Shown: positions 11,693 to 21,813 of the stretch, piece by piece
Layout of the letters: each line of letters begins with the position of its first letter
How positions within the stretch are numbered: position 1 is the first letter of the stretch
Source of the DNA: Malacoraja senta
Lineage: Eukaryota
Length of the DNA stretch: 64,000 bases
Assembly (NCBI GenBank): GCA_038087875.1
Contig: CM075979.1
Coordinates: 86,614,001 to 86,678,000 of the forward strand
Reading direction: 5' to 3'
Translations under genes and position numbers: made by a program
The notes under the pieces: generated by a model
Database searches by the model: none
What the model was told of the DNA's origin: nothing
What the model saw: the letters and a program-made list of their open reading frames with translations, nothing else

Positions 11693-13759
11693 AATAAGAT
11701 AACTGTTTGGAAATTGGATCCCTGGTGAATAGGGTCATTAAACTTGTATTATGTGGATAACTTGAACACATTTGTGCTGGTGCAGCTTGAACACAATGTT
11801 AGATCAAAACGTATTTATAAGAATTTGAAGTATGCAATGTTAGCTTTAAGTTATTAATGGTGAGTCATGGTGATTAATGCCTCAAAACCACATATTTGCA
11901 GACCCATTTCTGCCTTTACTGACATTAGGCATCTGGCCATTATTGTATCTCTTCATTAAACAAATACATCATTGGAATCTTTTATGATCTACTACATCAA
12001 TCCTAATCACAATAGGGGAGACTCTGCTGTGGAGTGTGGAGGGCATGTGCCTCCTCACTTTATTAACTTGGATCCTGCTGCATGTGGTGGAGAGCAGGCA
12101 TCATGTCTTCCATGTCACGGATTCCCAATGATCGAGCCTTCCTGCACCTGGATGCAACATTCTAAGTTCTATGACCCAGATAAAAATTCAAGGTTAGTTC
12201 TCTGCTGCCTACATTTTACCTACCTATTACGCATGTGCAGGTTTCCATTCCCATTGTTCAGATCAAAAACACACACTTTACCATAGCCTCAAAACAAAGA
12301 AGAGCAGAGACCTCCCGAAGCCTTCAATCAGATATAGGAGGAAAACGCAGTAGAGGAACAGCTATAGGAAGTGTCTGAAATGGAGAAGACAGGTAAAAGA
12401 GGCCCTGAATAGATGTAGTCAGAACTATTTTGAATGCCCGAAGAATCTCTTAGGAGCAACAATCCACAGGTTCCCCCAGTCAGGCAAGTGGTTATGTGAA
12501 AGCAATAAACTACTTCACACCCACCTTGCCTAGATTCTAAGCGAAGATGTTATAGTGTAATAGTCGTTCTTTACCAACTGAAAGTCTTCACCTTCTGAAA
12601 GTCTTAAACCCTTACCTGAGATGAAACCAGCAATAACGTTGCACTAAACTGAACATGACAGTCAGCCTCAGTTCTACTGAGAAACAGAGAATGGCTCGGG
12701 TATATATGCAGTAGTAACAAAGCCATGGGAAATCTTGAAAAATATCCTCTAACTGAAATGGCCATCTTATCTGTTGTTCAGAGTTAATTGAATGCACTAC
12801 AGCGATAGCATCATAATCAGCAGTTGTGTGGAGAGCATTTCTCAGGGTAGCTCGTGGGATTATGCAAAACTATCAAGTGGTTTTGTTAAGGATCCCTGCA
12901 AAAAAAGTCATGTGATTCCACATCTGAGGCATAATTACTATCCTTAAAATAATCGGCAGAATACTATTCAAGCCTGGATGGTACTAAATTATTGATTCCT
13001 TCAATTAATAGTCCTTATTGTCCCAACGGCAAGTTGCCAAGCAATTACACAAGCTTATCAGGTGCAGAGTTGAGCTGAGAATGATAAGAGTATTGTACAG
13101 CAGTGCAGGTGGCCAAAGCCTTGACCTTTAGCCGTGCAGAGAATGGAGACTACAAGTCTTTTTTTGCCATTGCTTTTCCAAATGTTCCAAATGTAAAACT
13201 TCCTTCCCAGTTAAATGTCACGTAAATTTTCCATGCGAGTAATAAAGTAATTCAATGTAATGTGAGAACTATTATGTCCTTTTCATGGTCAATTGCAAGT
13301 TACACACCAGGATTGATGGAGTTCCAAGATCCAAAGGGGTTTCTTTTCTTCTTTAACTACTTCTTGTGGTTTAGGTTCACATGTGTGTTCCTGGGCCACT
13401 TTTCCATTCATTCACTGACTGTCCTTGCTAGTTCTTTCTATTCTTCTTTTCTATTAAAAATAAGAAAAATTTAAAAATTTAATTTTTTTTTTAAAAGATC
13501 CAAAGGGGAACCTAATGTGCCACATGAGTGCAGTTCATCATTTCCTAAATCTATGGATAACCTACAATCCACGCTTCCTCAGCCTGATTTGTTTTTAAAT
13601 CTTGAGCAGAGATGATCTACTTTCCTTGAGTTGAGGTCCCTAATGTTGAGGTATACAGAGTGCATTGTCTTAGAGTTTGCATAATTAGCTCTCGACAAAG
13701 GCTGCTATTCTAGATTCACAGATGTAAATGGTACACAAGAGGGGGGGGGGGGCAATCAT

Positions 13760-14290
13760 GTTTTTTCTAACGGTTCAGCATAATTCTGTTAGACTCATTA
13801 GTTTCCTGCCAAATTATTTTCTCTCGAGTACCTATCTTGCACCGCTTGAAAGCCCAGATTGATCTTTTTCCACCACCCTTCCAGACAGTGGGTTCCAGAT
13901 TACTACCATACTTGCATATCCCTCACAATCTCTTGGCATTTTGTTCATTATTTTAAATTTATGTTTCCTGATTCTTCAACCTTTCACTAATAACTCCACT
14001 CATGATCTTGTATTTCTTTGTCAAATCTCCTCATAGCCCTCTTTGTTCCAATGAGTGCAACATGAGTTTTTCCACACTTAATGCTGAAATCCATCTGTTG
14101 GGACCTTCTGGTAAATCTATTTGGCATCTTCTCTAGGATCTTCTCATCCTTCCAAAAGAGTGGTGACCAGAAATGAACACAATCTCTCTTGTTTTGTAGT
14201 CTGTGCCAATGAAGCCCAGGATCCGATACACTTTCTGAACTATTCTGTCAATGTGCCCTGCTAACACTCAGTAAAATAATGCAAACCTCT
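13760..14290 (-). mobile_element. Old CR1 fragment
   Basis: Degenerate ccacccttccagacagtgggttccagatt..tggtgaccagaaatgaacacaa (reverse of CVHFWSP); boundaries approximate. Confidence 0.6.
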
Positions 14291-14351
14291 TATCTCTGTT
14301 AATGTTTTAATATCAGGCCATAACATTCATGACCCTGCTTTCAGGCATTCA

Positions 14352-14597
14352 GGAATTCACAGAGGTGAATCTGTGGAATTCTTTGCCACAGAAGTCTGGG
14401 GAGGCAAAGTCAGTGGATATTTTTAGGGCAGAGATACACTGTAGATAGATTCTTGATTAGTATGGGTGTCAGAGATTATGGGGAGAAGGCAGGAGAATGG
14501 GGTTAAGAGGGAGAGATAGATCAGCCATGATTGAATGGCAGAGTAGATTTGATGGGCCAAATGGCCTAATTCTACCCCTATTCCTTATGACCTTATA
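14352..14597 (+). mobile_element. Young CR1 3' end
   Basis: gtgaatctgtggaattctttgccacag..gatgggccaaatggcctaattctac..ccttatgaccttat; matches 9160-9380 and 54150-54360. Confidence 0.85.
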
Positions 14598-14869
14598 ACA
14601 TCCCAAACCAGAAAGTCAAATCCTGTGTTTGTATGCTTCCTATCAAATCTTAAGGTTACATTCTTTCACTCAATGTCTATGTAATGGTTTTCTATCCATA
14701 AACCACATTGGGGTGATTTGCAATGCATCACATAATGTATGACTTTTCATTTTGTAATTAAGCACTTGATTGTCATTTTAACCTTATTGTTCTAAACAAA
14801 GTTTAAGTGGGAGCAAACAGAGACCCTCTCACTCCTCCCCCTCAGTGATTCCTGTTACTCCCCTGCTCT

Positions 14870-15075
14870 TCAACCATGTTCTTTTCATCTCTGATCTTTG
14901 TCTAACCATCTGCCTATCAACCTCCCTCCCCCCATACTTTGTCCTGCCCCCACTTTTCAGCTTTCCTCCCTCCCCAACCCGTCTAAAGAAAGGCCCCAAA
15001 CCAAGGCCTGATCCATTAAGTTACTCTAGCACTTTGTGTCTTTTTTTTGTAAACCTGCATCTGCAGTTCATTGTA
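14870..15075 (+). mobile_element. Diverged PLE-derived element
   Basis: ctgcctatcaa..gtctaaagaaaggcccc..gttactctagcactttgtgtc..catctgcagttc. Confidence 0.6.
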
Positions 15076-15769
15076 TGTTATTTTTTAAATGGGACTAGTT
15101 TTCTTGAAACTTATTTGATGAGAATTCTAATCGTTTGAAGTTCTCTGCAGCATTTTTGTATAATTATACCAATTTTTATAATTTCACTGTCTTAATCATT
15201 ATAAAGCAATCATTATCTACTCGGAATTTTCGCTTCTTTCCAAAAAAATTATCAAATTAATCAGAAATAGTTGAGTATAAAATTATATTTTAATGCACAG
15301 GAGAAAAAATAATTGGAGCTTTTTTGAATTTGTTGTTTTTTTTGTTTTGCCTTTCTGGTTTGAATTCATGGTTTCTAATTTACAAACAACATTTGGATTA
15401 TCTTGTCTGCTTTTTGTATTCGGATAACAACTAAAAGTTACTTGAACTGCTATCTATCATTATTTATCCCAATTTTTAGAGTTGCCAGTATGAAAATTAC
15501 TGCTCAATCATTTGAACAGGGTCTGATCATGGCCTTCATTTTTGAAGGTCGCCGTGACAGGGGAAGAATTGGAAAGGACAATTTTTGTTTTTGCAAATAG
15601 TTATTGTAAGGCTCATCATTCTGGTCATGAGCGGAGATAGCCAGCACCGATGCAGTTGTTGATGTACCAGAAAAAAGAATGGGAGTGTCCGTGAGTAGGA
15701 CTGAAACAAAAACTGTTCCATATAACGCAAATGCAAGTCCCTATACAAAAAATTGTCAAACGGTTGACA

Positions 15770-16140
15770 GAAGGAGAGCTTTGGAGGGCAAGAAAATGTA
15801 GATGGACGAGTTAGCTGGACAGGAAAGTGGCCAATAAATTTTAATTTAGAAAAGTGCAAGGTAATGCTATGAAGAGGTGCAACAAAAAAAAATGTAGGAT
15901 AGTGAGTAATGTGGAGGAAAAAAGGGGTATTGGAGCGTATATCCACAAATTGTTAGAGTGCAGGACGGAACAATCAGGGACCAAAAGGAGATATGGAATG
16001 ATTTCCTTTGTGAGACAAGCCCCTGAATTTAAGGACAGGGAGGTTAGGTTGGAAATGTACATAATGTTAGATAGATCACAGCATGAATGTAGCATAATAT
16101 TCCCATCATCATGTTACCACAAAGATGTGATTGCACTTTA
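15770..16140 (+). mobile_element. Old CR1 RT-region fragment
   Basis: ..aagtggccaataaattttaatttagaaaagtgcaaggtaatgc (W..KFNxEKCKVM) and YGMISFVRQAPEFKDREV. Confidence 0.65.
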
Positions 16141-16204
16141 TGAAAATAAATCTCTGTGCCTTGGACTTCTAGATCTGGTTTCTTGCTTTATTCATTGTTA
16201 ATTG

Positions 16205-16680
16205 TGGACCAAACATCGACCACCTTTAGTTTTCAACTTCCCTCACTCACAGTAGCCTACCACCCTCCAATCTTCCAACACTTTGCTCACGAAGGTTCAT
16301 GATCAATTCTGTATTATCGTGACCAATGTTAGCAAGGGTGGCGCTGTTGTACTCTGGAGAATCAAAATGTAGAAACCAAATGTCATCCTTGAGACACGTC
16401 CTCTAACCTTTCTCTGGACCAAGACCCCATCATAGCATATCAGATCACTGCCTCCCACACAATCACAGACCTCGTCCTCAGGTGATCTTATCCCCCTAAC
16501 TTCCAAACCTCAGCCTACTTCTATCTTCAGCAAGAGATCTGTCCATGCTGACCGTTTGTTTAATCCTGCTGTGAACTTGTATTCTCCTACTCTGTCTCGA
16601 CCTCTCTCCCCTGGTCCAGTGCCTTCTCACTTGCGTCTGTGACACTTCATCTGCAAACATCATTACTTTGCCCTCTAAGT
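16205..16680 (+). pseudogene. Degraded Penelope-like reverse transcriptase fragment
   Basis: aagggtggcgctgttgtactctggaga (KGGAVVLWR), tacttctatctt (FYL) and cccctggtccagtgcctt..tgtgacacttca (PLVQ.L...DTS) resemble PLE RT motifs; many stops and frameshifts. Confidence 0.6.
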
Positions 16681-18730
16681 CTGTGAATATGCGAACACAC
16701 AAATGGATGTGAAGGAGATTAATGAGATATTGCCAAAAAATAAACATTTTAGGTACAAGGAAAGATTGAAATGGCAGGAGATCTGTGGAACCCCACTGGC
16801 AGCAGATTTTCGGGTAACTCTGCTTTCTCAAACACTTTTGCGCTGTATTATCTTTAAGAATATTAACGCAGGAAGGAATTGGTTTTTTTTGCATCTTGTC
16901 AAGGTTACACTCAGTCGCTTTATTCCAAAGTGTTTGATTCATTTAGGAAACATTTTAAATATCGATCAATGTCAGTCCATCTGTTTGTATTGTAAGTGGT
17001 CTTAGTTCATTTTAAAACTTAAAAATCATTGACAGTCAAGATATAAAATTATTAAGAAGCACCTGATGAAGGGCTTTGCTCATTTGTCTCCCTGGTAGCA
17101 ACTTAACCAATACAGGCACATTTTATTTTCTCTGAATTTAAGTTTATTATTTCAGTAGCAGATAAGAGTTCTGTTACAAATAGTTACAATGATTAATTCA
17201 CCCAGTTTATATCACAGTACGCCTGTACTTAAGCGCTGACCTGCGGTTCTCTATTTCCCCATGGTCTTTTTGAGATTATCAGATCTTATGGTTATAGCTA
17301 AGAGGTTTAAGTGGGCAGGAAATCTGTTGCATGATTAGTGCTTGAAAATGTTCAATTGAGTCAAAAGATAGACTTCAAATGCTGTTATGCCTTTAACGTG
17401 GGAGCAGGACCAAACTTTTGATGACCACTTTCTCCTTAATATCTAAATAAACTAACTTACATGTTACTTAAGAAATCACGTGTAAACTTGCCATTAACCA
17501 AACATCAAACCTTCATTCCTTTTTGAATTTCTTTTGAAACCAGCATGGGACTGCAAGTGCCCTAAAGCAAAATGTGTTCTCTGTAAGGGAGGAAGAGGAA
17601 GTAAACATGACAACAGCTTCTCTCTAGAAGTGGCAGTAGCTTGTTTCAGAGTATATTAATTTCAGGTGTTGATGTAGAACAGGCAGTATGGTTAGTGTCA
17701 GCAGATCTGCAAATTACTCAGCAGGGGTCCTTTATGGAGTCGGTGACATGAAACAGACAGGCAGTATGGAATGAATGAATGAAGTATAGATGGGGATTCA
17801 TTGAACATTATCAGTATTTGGGTTAACAGTGATCTGTCAGGAACAGGAAGGAGCTGATAATGGAGCCCTCTGGCACTTAAAAGCTCTGACAATGTCCAAA
17901 GGGTCACATATTAATAGACCCATAAAACTCATTAAATAACTCCTTCCAAACAGGAATTTGCAGAGTAGTGAAATTTGCAGCTCTGTAGTTGACAGGCTCA
18001 GTTGTCAAAGATACTTATGTGTTTTTTCCACTCTCTTTCATGGACGTTCTTTGGATTTGTTTAACTCTTCACAGAACCCCTTTTGCAGCATTGTTGTTTT
18101 CACACACTTTTCCTTTCTGACCCAATGTTCCATTAATTTCTGCCAAGTTTGTGCTGTCTTCCAACTGGCACCCTGAAACTCATTGGGATGACTCACCACA
18201 CTTGTGTTTTATATATCTGCCCCTTACAACAGGATCGGCAATTGTGCCCTATGCCTTTGCACTCTGTACAGGAAATTGTTACTTGTCCACCATGGTTACC
18301 ACTTACTTCCATTAGAAAAGTGCTAGATGAACAATCCAAAGGAGCAACTTTGCACTTCAGAACTGTGTAAATAATAAAATGTGTCAGCGAAGCCAAAAGG
18401 TTAAGATTTGTAGAAAACCTAACTTAAAAAAAGAATGCTTAAAATACTTTGGTCAGGCAGTATATGGAGAGAAGAAGAACTGAATGAACATTGAATGTTG
18501 ATGATCTTTCAAACTGGAAAGGCTGGTCATTTGGAATTGTTCAATGCAATGTGCCTTGTTGGAATGATGTTCCTTAAACTTGTGTTTGGCTTCCTCAGAA
18601 CAGTGTAAAAGGTTACAAACACTGTCAGAATGGGAGAAGATGGTGAATTAAAGTGATTAGTTTTGTTTATTTATTGTCACAGTGAACAGATTGTTTTTTA
18701 ATGCTATCCAGTCAAATCACATTACACCCG

Positions 18731-18782
18731 GGGGTCAAGGAAAGAACGTTCACGTCACGGCCCTGTTTCCACCGATCTTTCC
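18731..18782 (+). ncRNA. Minimal HDV-like (CPEB3-type) self-cleaving ribozyme, probably with decayed P3
   Basis: P1 GGGGUC/GGCCCU (G1-U wobble), P2 GGAAAGA/UCUUUCC, L3 UUCACGU, GU after P1, J4/2 CCGA; P3 ACG/CAC is mismatched. Confidence 0.7.
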
Positions 18783-18897
18783 ACCACCACACACAAGAAG
18801 CGCTAGACAGACACCATAGTGCAAATGCCGAGAAGTGTGTTCAGCTCTGGCTGAACAACTTCTAATCTTGTGCGTGGACTCAATAAGAAGAAGATAC
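18731..18897 (+). mobile_element. 167-bp Vingi-like non-autonomous retroelement (SINE) with 5' HDV-like ribozyme
   Basis: TSD tacacccg at 18723-18730 and 18898-18905; 3' part encodes a LINE-ORF-end-like TQEALDRHHSANAEKCVQLWLNNF* (stop 18863-18865), then (AAG)n tail at 18885-18894. Confidence 0.75.
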
Positions 18898-19544
18898 TAC
18901 ACCCGAGCACGATAGATCCTCTTCTGGAACAGCATGCAGAGAGTTGCCACATTCTGGTGCCATCTTGCAACTTCCAAGTCTCTGGAAAGTCTGATTTTGG
19001 CCCAAGCAGATGTGCAATTTCTATTTTCTTGCTGATGTCCTGGCGGCCTGACCCTGCACGATGCCATCGGCTTCTTCCAGTGCCACTCCATACGTCTGCC
19101 GCAGGCCGCGCTGATCCACACTCTTACCCACTTGCTATAGGGTGTCCGACAACTGTCTGGGAACCACCACGACCCGCAATCACCTCCAACGCTTCCAGCC
19201 AATGCTTTTTGGTTTGGGTCCGCTGAGGCCACCATGCCCTGCTTCCCGAGCTGAACACGGATGCTTTCCGGAGGCACGGGAAGCGAGTTCAAAAACCATT
19301 CATAGCCACTAACTTTCTCTCTCGCCATCCTCTGCCACCATCTAGGCAAGAAGCTGAGGGTCACCCTTACAAAGTGAACAGAGGTATTCTACAAAGTAGT
19401 CAGCCAACCTAAATTTGGTGTGTCCATTGTAGAAAAGGCCATATCAGGAACATCAATTGCAATGCACTGAATTGGAAGAAGTACAAGTGAATGACAGCTT
19501 TACTGGAGAGAGTGTTTGGGTTAGGATTCTTGACTCAAACTCAT

Positions 19545-19870
19545 ACAGCATGGAAAAGGGTCCTTTGGCCCACAGAGTCTGCATTAATATTTCCACCACA
19601 TATTTACAATAATCTTCCATTAATCTCATTTTTATCCTCCCTATTTTCTCGTTAAGTACCTCTCCACTCCCCAGATACTACCACTCATTAATACACCAAC
19701 GGCAATTTACAAAGGCCAGTTAATCTACCAACCCACATCTATCTGGGAGGTGGGAGGAAACCAGAGCACTCAGAAGAAAGCTGCTTAGTCACGGACAATG
19801 TGCAAAACTCCACACAAGGTCAGGATTGAACATGGGTGACACGAACTGTGAAGCAGCAGCTCTATGGGCT
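19545..19870 (-). mobile_element. Old V-SINE/HE1-like SINE
   Basis: gtgggaggaaaccagagcactcagaagaaag..tgcaaaactccacac..ggtcaggattgaac is the reverse of the V-domain/tRNA head; CR1-like tail at 19545-19580. Confidence 0.65.
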
Positions 19871-20024
19871 ATTATGTTGAACCCTTCTATTGAAAAAGGA
19901 AGAGATAAAAGGACAGAGTCCCATCTCCAGTCATATGGGAGGAGAGTGGGGGATGGTGGAGATGGAAGAGTTAACTGGGAAGTCACAGATGGAGATTATT
20001 GATTCAGTTCTTTGAATTCCTGTA

Positions 20025-20225
20025 CAGATGCTCCCCGATTTACGATGCTTCGACTTGCGATATTTCGACTTTACGATGGTGCAAACTCTGGGCAACGGCA
20101 GCAAGCCGCAGCTCACTTCCGGTCACGTGATCAAATTGTATTAAATGCGTTTTCGACTTACGATATTTTCGATTTACGATGGGTTAATCGGAACATAACC
20201 CCCATCGTAGGTCGAGAAGCAGCTG
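20025..20225. mobile_element. pogo/Tigger-derived MITE (Tigger5/MER47-like)
   Basis: TIRs CAGATGCTCCCCGATTTACGATG / CATCGTAGGTCGAGAAGCAGCTG; internal cgacttacgat repeats; TA at 20023-20024 and 20226-20227. Confidence 0.85.
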
Positions 20226-20488
20226 TATGTGGAAATGTTTGTTTCGGCCAAGGGACAGAATCAAGAAAATGTCAGGAATAATCCTTGGAACATAAAGCAA
20301 ATTTAATTCCATATCTCAACTTAAGTTTAGAATCATGTTGAAAGTAGGGTCTTATTGCAGCTGTCTTCTTTTCCCAACTCGGCCATAACTGAAACTTAAA
20401 GAAGAACATTATAATTAATAGATACCAAAGATTAAAATGAACTCTGAGTTATTTGCTGTCAATTTCTATGTTGCAAATTTAAATAAGA

Positions 20489-21468
20489 CTAGACCAAGTG
20501 GGACCCGTTGGGTCCCGTCCCCCAACGTGGGCGCACGGCGTCACAGAGGACGGTTGGTCCCCGAACGCAATAGTCCACCACTCACCCATAGGTCCCAATA
20601 CTCGCCATTCCCTAGAGAGGGATGGGTGGTAGAGAGGGATGAGGGGGGGGGGGGTAGAAGGAGGGGAGGCAGAGAGGGAGGGGGTAGAGAGGTAGAGAGT
20701 GAGGGAGAAGGGTAGAGAGGGAGAGGGAGAGGGGCAGAGAGGGAGGGGGGTAGACACCCTACCCTATCTCCCTCCTCCTCATTTCCCACATCCTCCTCCC
20801 CTCACTCCCATTCCCTGCCCCAGGACCTACCCAGGTCGTAGATCAGCGCCAGGGCCTGGTTCTCGTACTCGACCTGGCCCTGGCTGTAGACCCAGGCTCG
20901 TCCTTGGTTCACAGCGGCAGCCTCCAGCCATCAGCTCGGCCGCCGCCTGGGCTCCAGTGCAGGTTCCTGACCCTGGACCCAGACTCGTCCTAGGTTCCAC
21001 CGGCGGCTTCTTTCTCAGTCCCGGTCATGGCCCCATCCCAAGCCCCGGGCTCGGCTCCAGCCCAGTCACGGGCTCGGTCCGCGGCAGCAGCCTCCCCACC
21101 AGGCACCGGGCGGCCGGCAGCAGCTGCCAATCTTCATTCACCACGAGCGCTGGATTGCCCCTCCCTCCCGGAGAGTCCCGTCCTGCCTTGCGAGTGCATT
21201 GTGATGTCAGTCGGATTTTTTTTCTCAAAATGGGTGAGTTTGGGCTGTTTTAAAAATTTTAAGGATCAAAAAGTTCAGAAATATGGGTGGAAATGTGACG
21301 GGAAGATGTTTATCGCCTCCAGGGGGAAATTGTGAGTAGGATGTGTGAAAATGGGAAGGCTCTGGCCTAGCGTTTGGAAGAAAATAGGAATTAACCAGAT
21401 TGTGCACAGATGACACACACGCACGCACGCACGCACCCACGCACCCACGCACCCACGCACCCACGCAC

Positions 21469-21543
<75 letters not shown>

Positions 21544-21581
21544 CATACGCACAAACAAGAGAAGAGTTTTAGTAATATAGA
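20489..21581 (-). mobile_element. Non-autonomous Helitron
   Basis: Minus strand starts A|TCTATATTACT and ends CTAG|T; perfect hairpin GGGACCC-AAC-GGGTCCC (20500-20516) 7 nt before CTAG; no TSD; GC-rich body. Confidence 0.85.
21413..21552. repeat. Compound microsatellite (CACG)n/(CA)n/(TA)n inside the Helitron
   Basis: Directly visible. Confidence 0.95.
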
Positions 21582-21719
21582 TAGGTGAGGCCTTTAGATT
21601 CCAATAGTAAAAACAGAATAGATGCGTTTAAAAATGGAAAGATACGTACAGCTTTGGATCTGTAGTCATCTGAATCTTGTCCAGTGTCTTGAACTGTTAC
21701 ACAGTATTAATTAGATCCA

Positions 21720-21813
21720 CCTGAAGAAGGGTTTCGGCCCGAAACGTTGCCTATTTCCTTCGCTCCATAGATGCTGCTGCACCCGCTGAGTTTCTCCAGC
21801 ATTTTTGTGTACC
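21720..21813 (+). mobile_element. 94-bp PLE-derived element with 14-bp TSD
   Basis: attaattagatcca at 21706-21719 and 21814-21827; element begins at the hammerhead core. Confidence 0.9.
21721..21748 (+). ncRNA. Minimal type I hammerhead ribozyme core
   Basis: CUGAAGA-A-[GGGU UUCG GCCC]-GAAA-CG-UU; palindromic AACGUU in place of stem III; stem I weak or absent in this copy. Confidence 0.65.

Larger units (their letters stand above)
18661..19364 (-). mobile_element. GC-rich non-autonomous retroelement of unknown family (host of the ribozyme SINE)
   Basis: Abrupt GC shift; minus-strand 3' end ..ttcactgtgacaataaataaacaaaa like other LINE-type tails in the window. Confidence 0.5.
18430..19520 (-). 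mobile_element. Old PLE 3' region (GIY-YIG remnant 19365-19520; tail 18430-18660) split by a nested insertion
   Basis: Minus strand of 19365-19520 is a decayed FTCTSSNxVxCIxCS.CGLxYxGxT..RL pattern; 18430-18660 continues into the PLE terminal repeat. Confidence 0.55.

Noticed and set aside
20437-21588. Cluster of overlapping Pro/Gly-rich and (CV)n/(HT)n ORFs as genes
   Set aside because: Artefacts of low-complexity GC-rich and microsatellite DNA inside the Helitron
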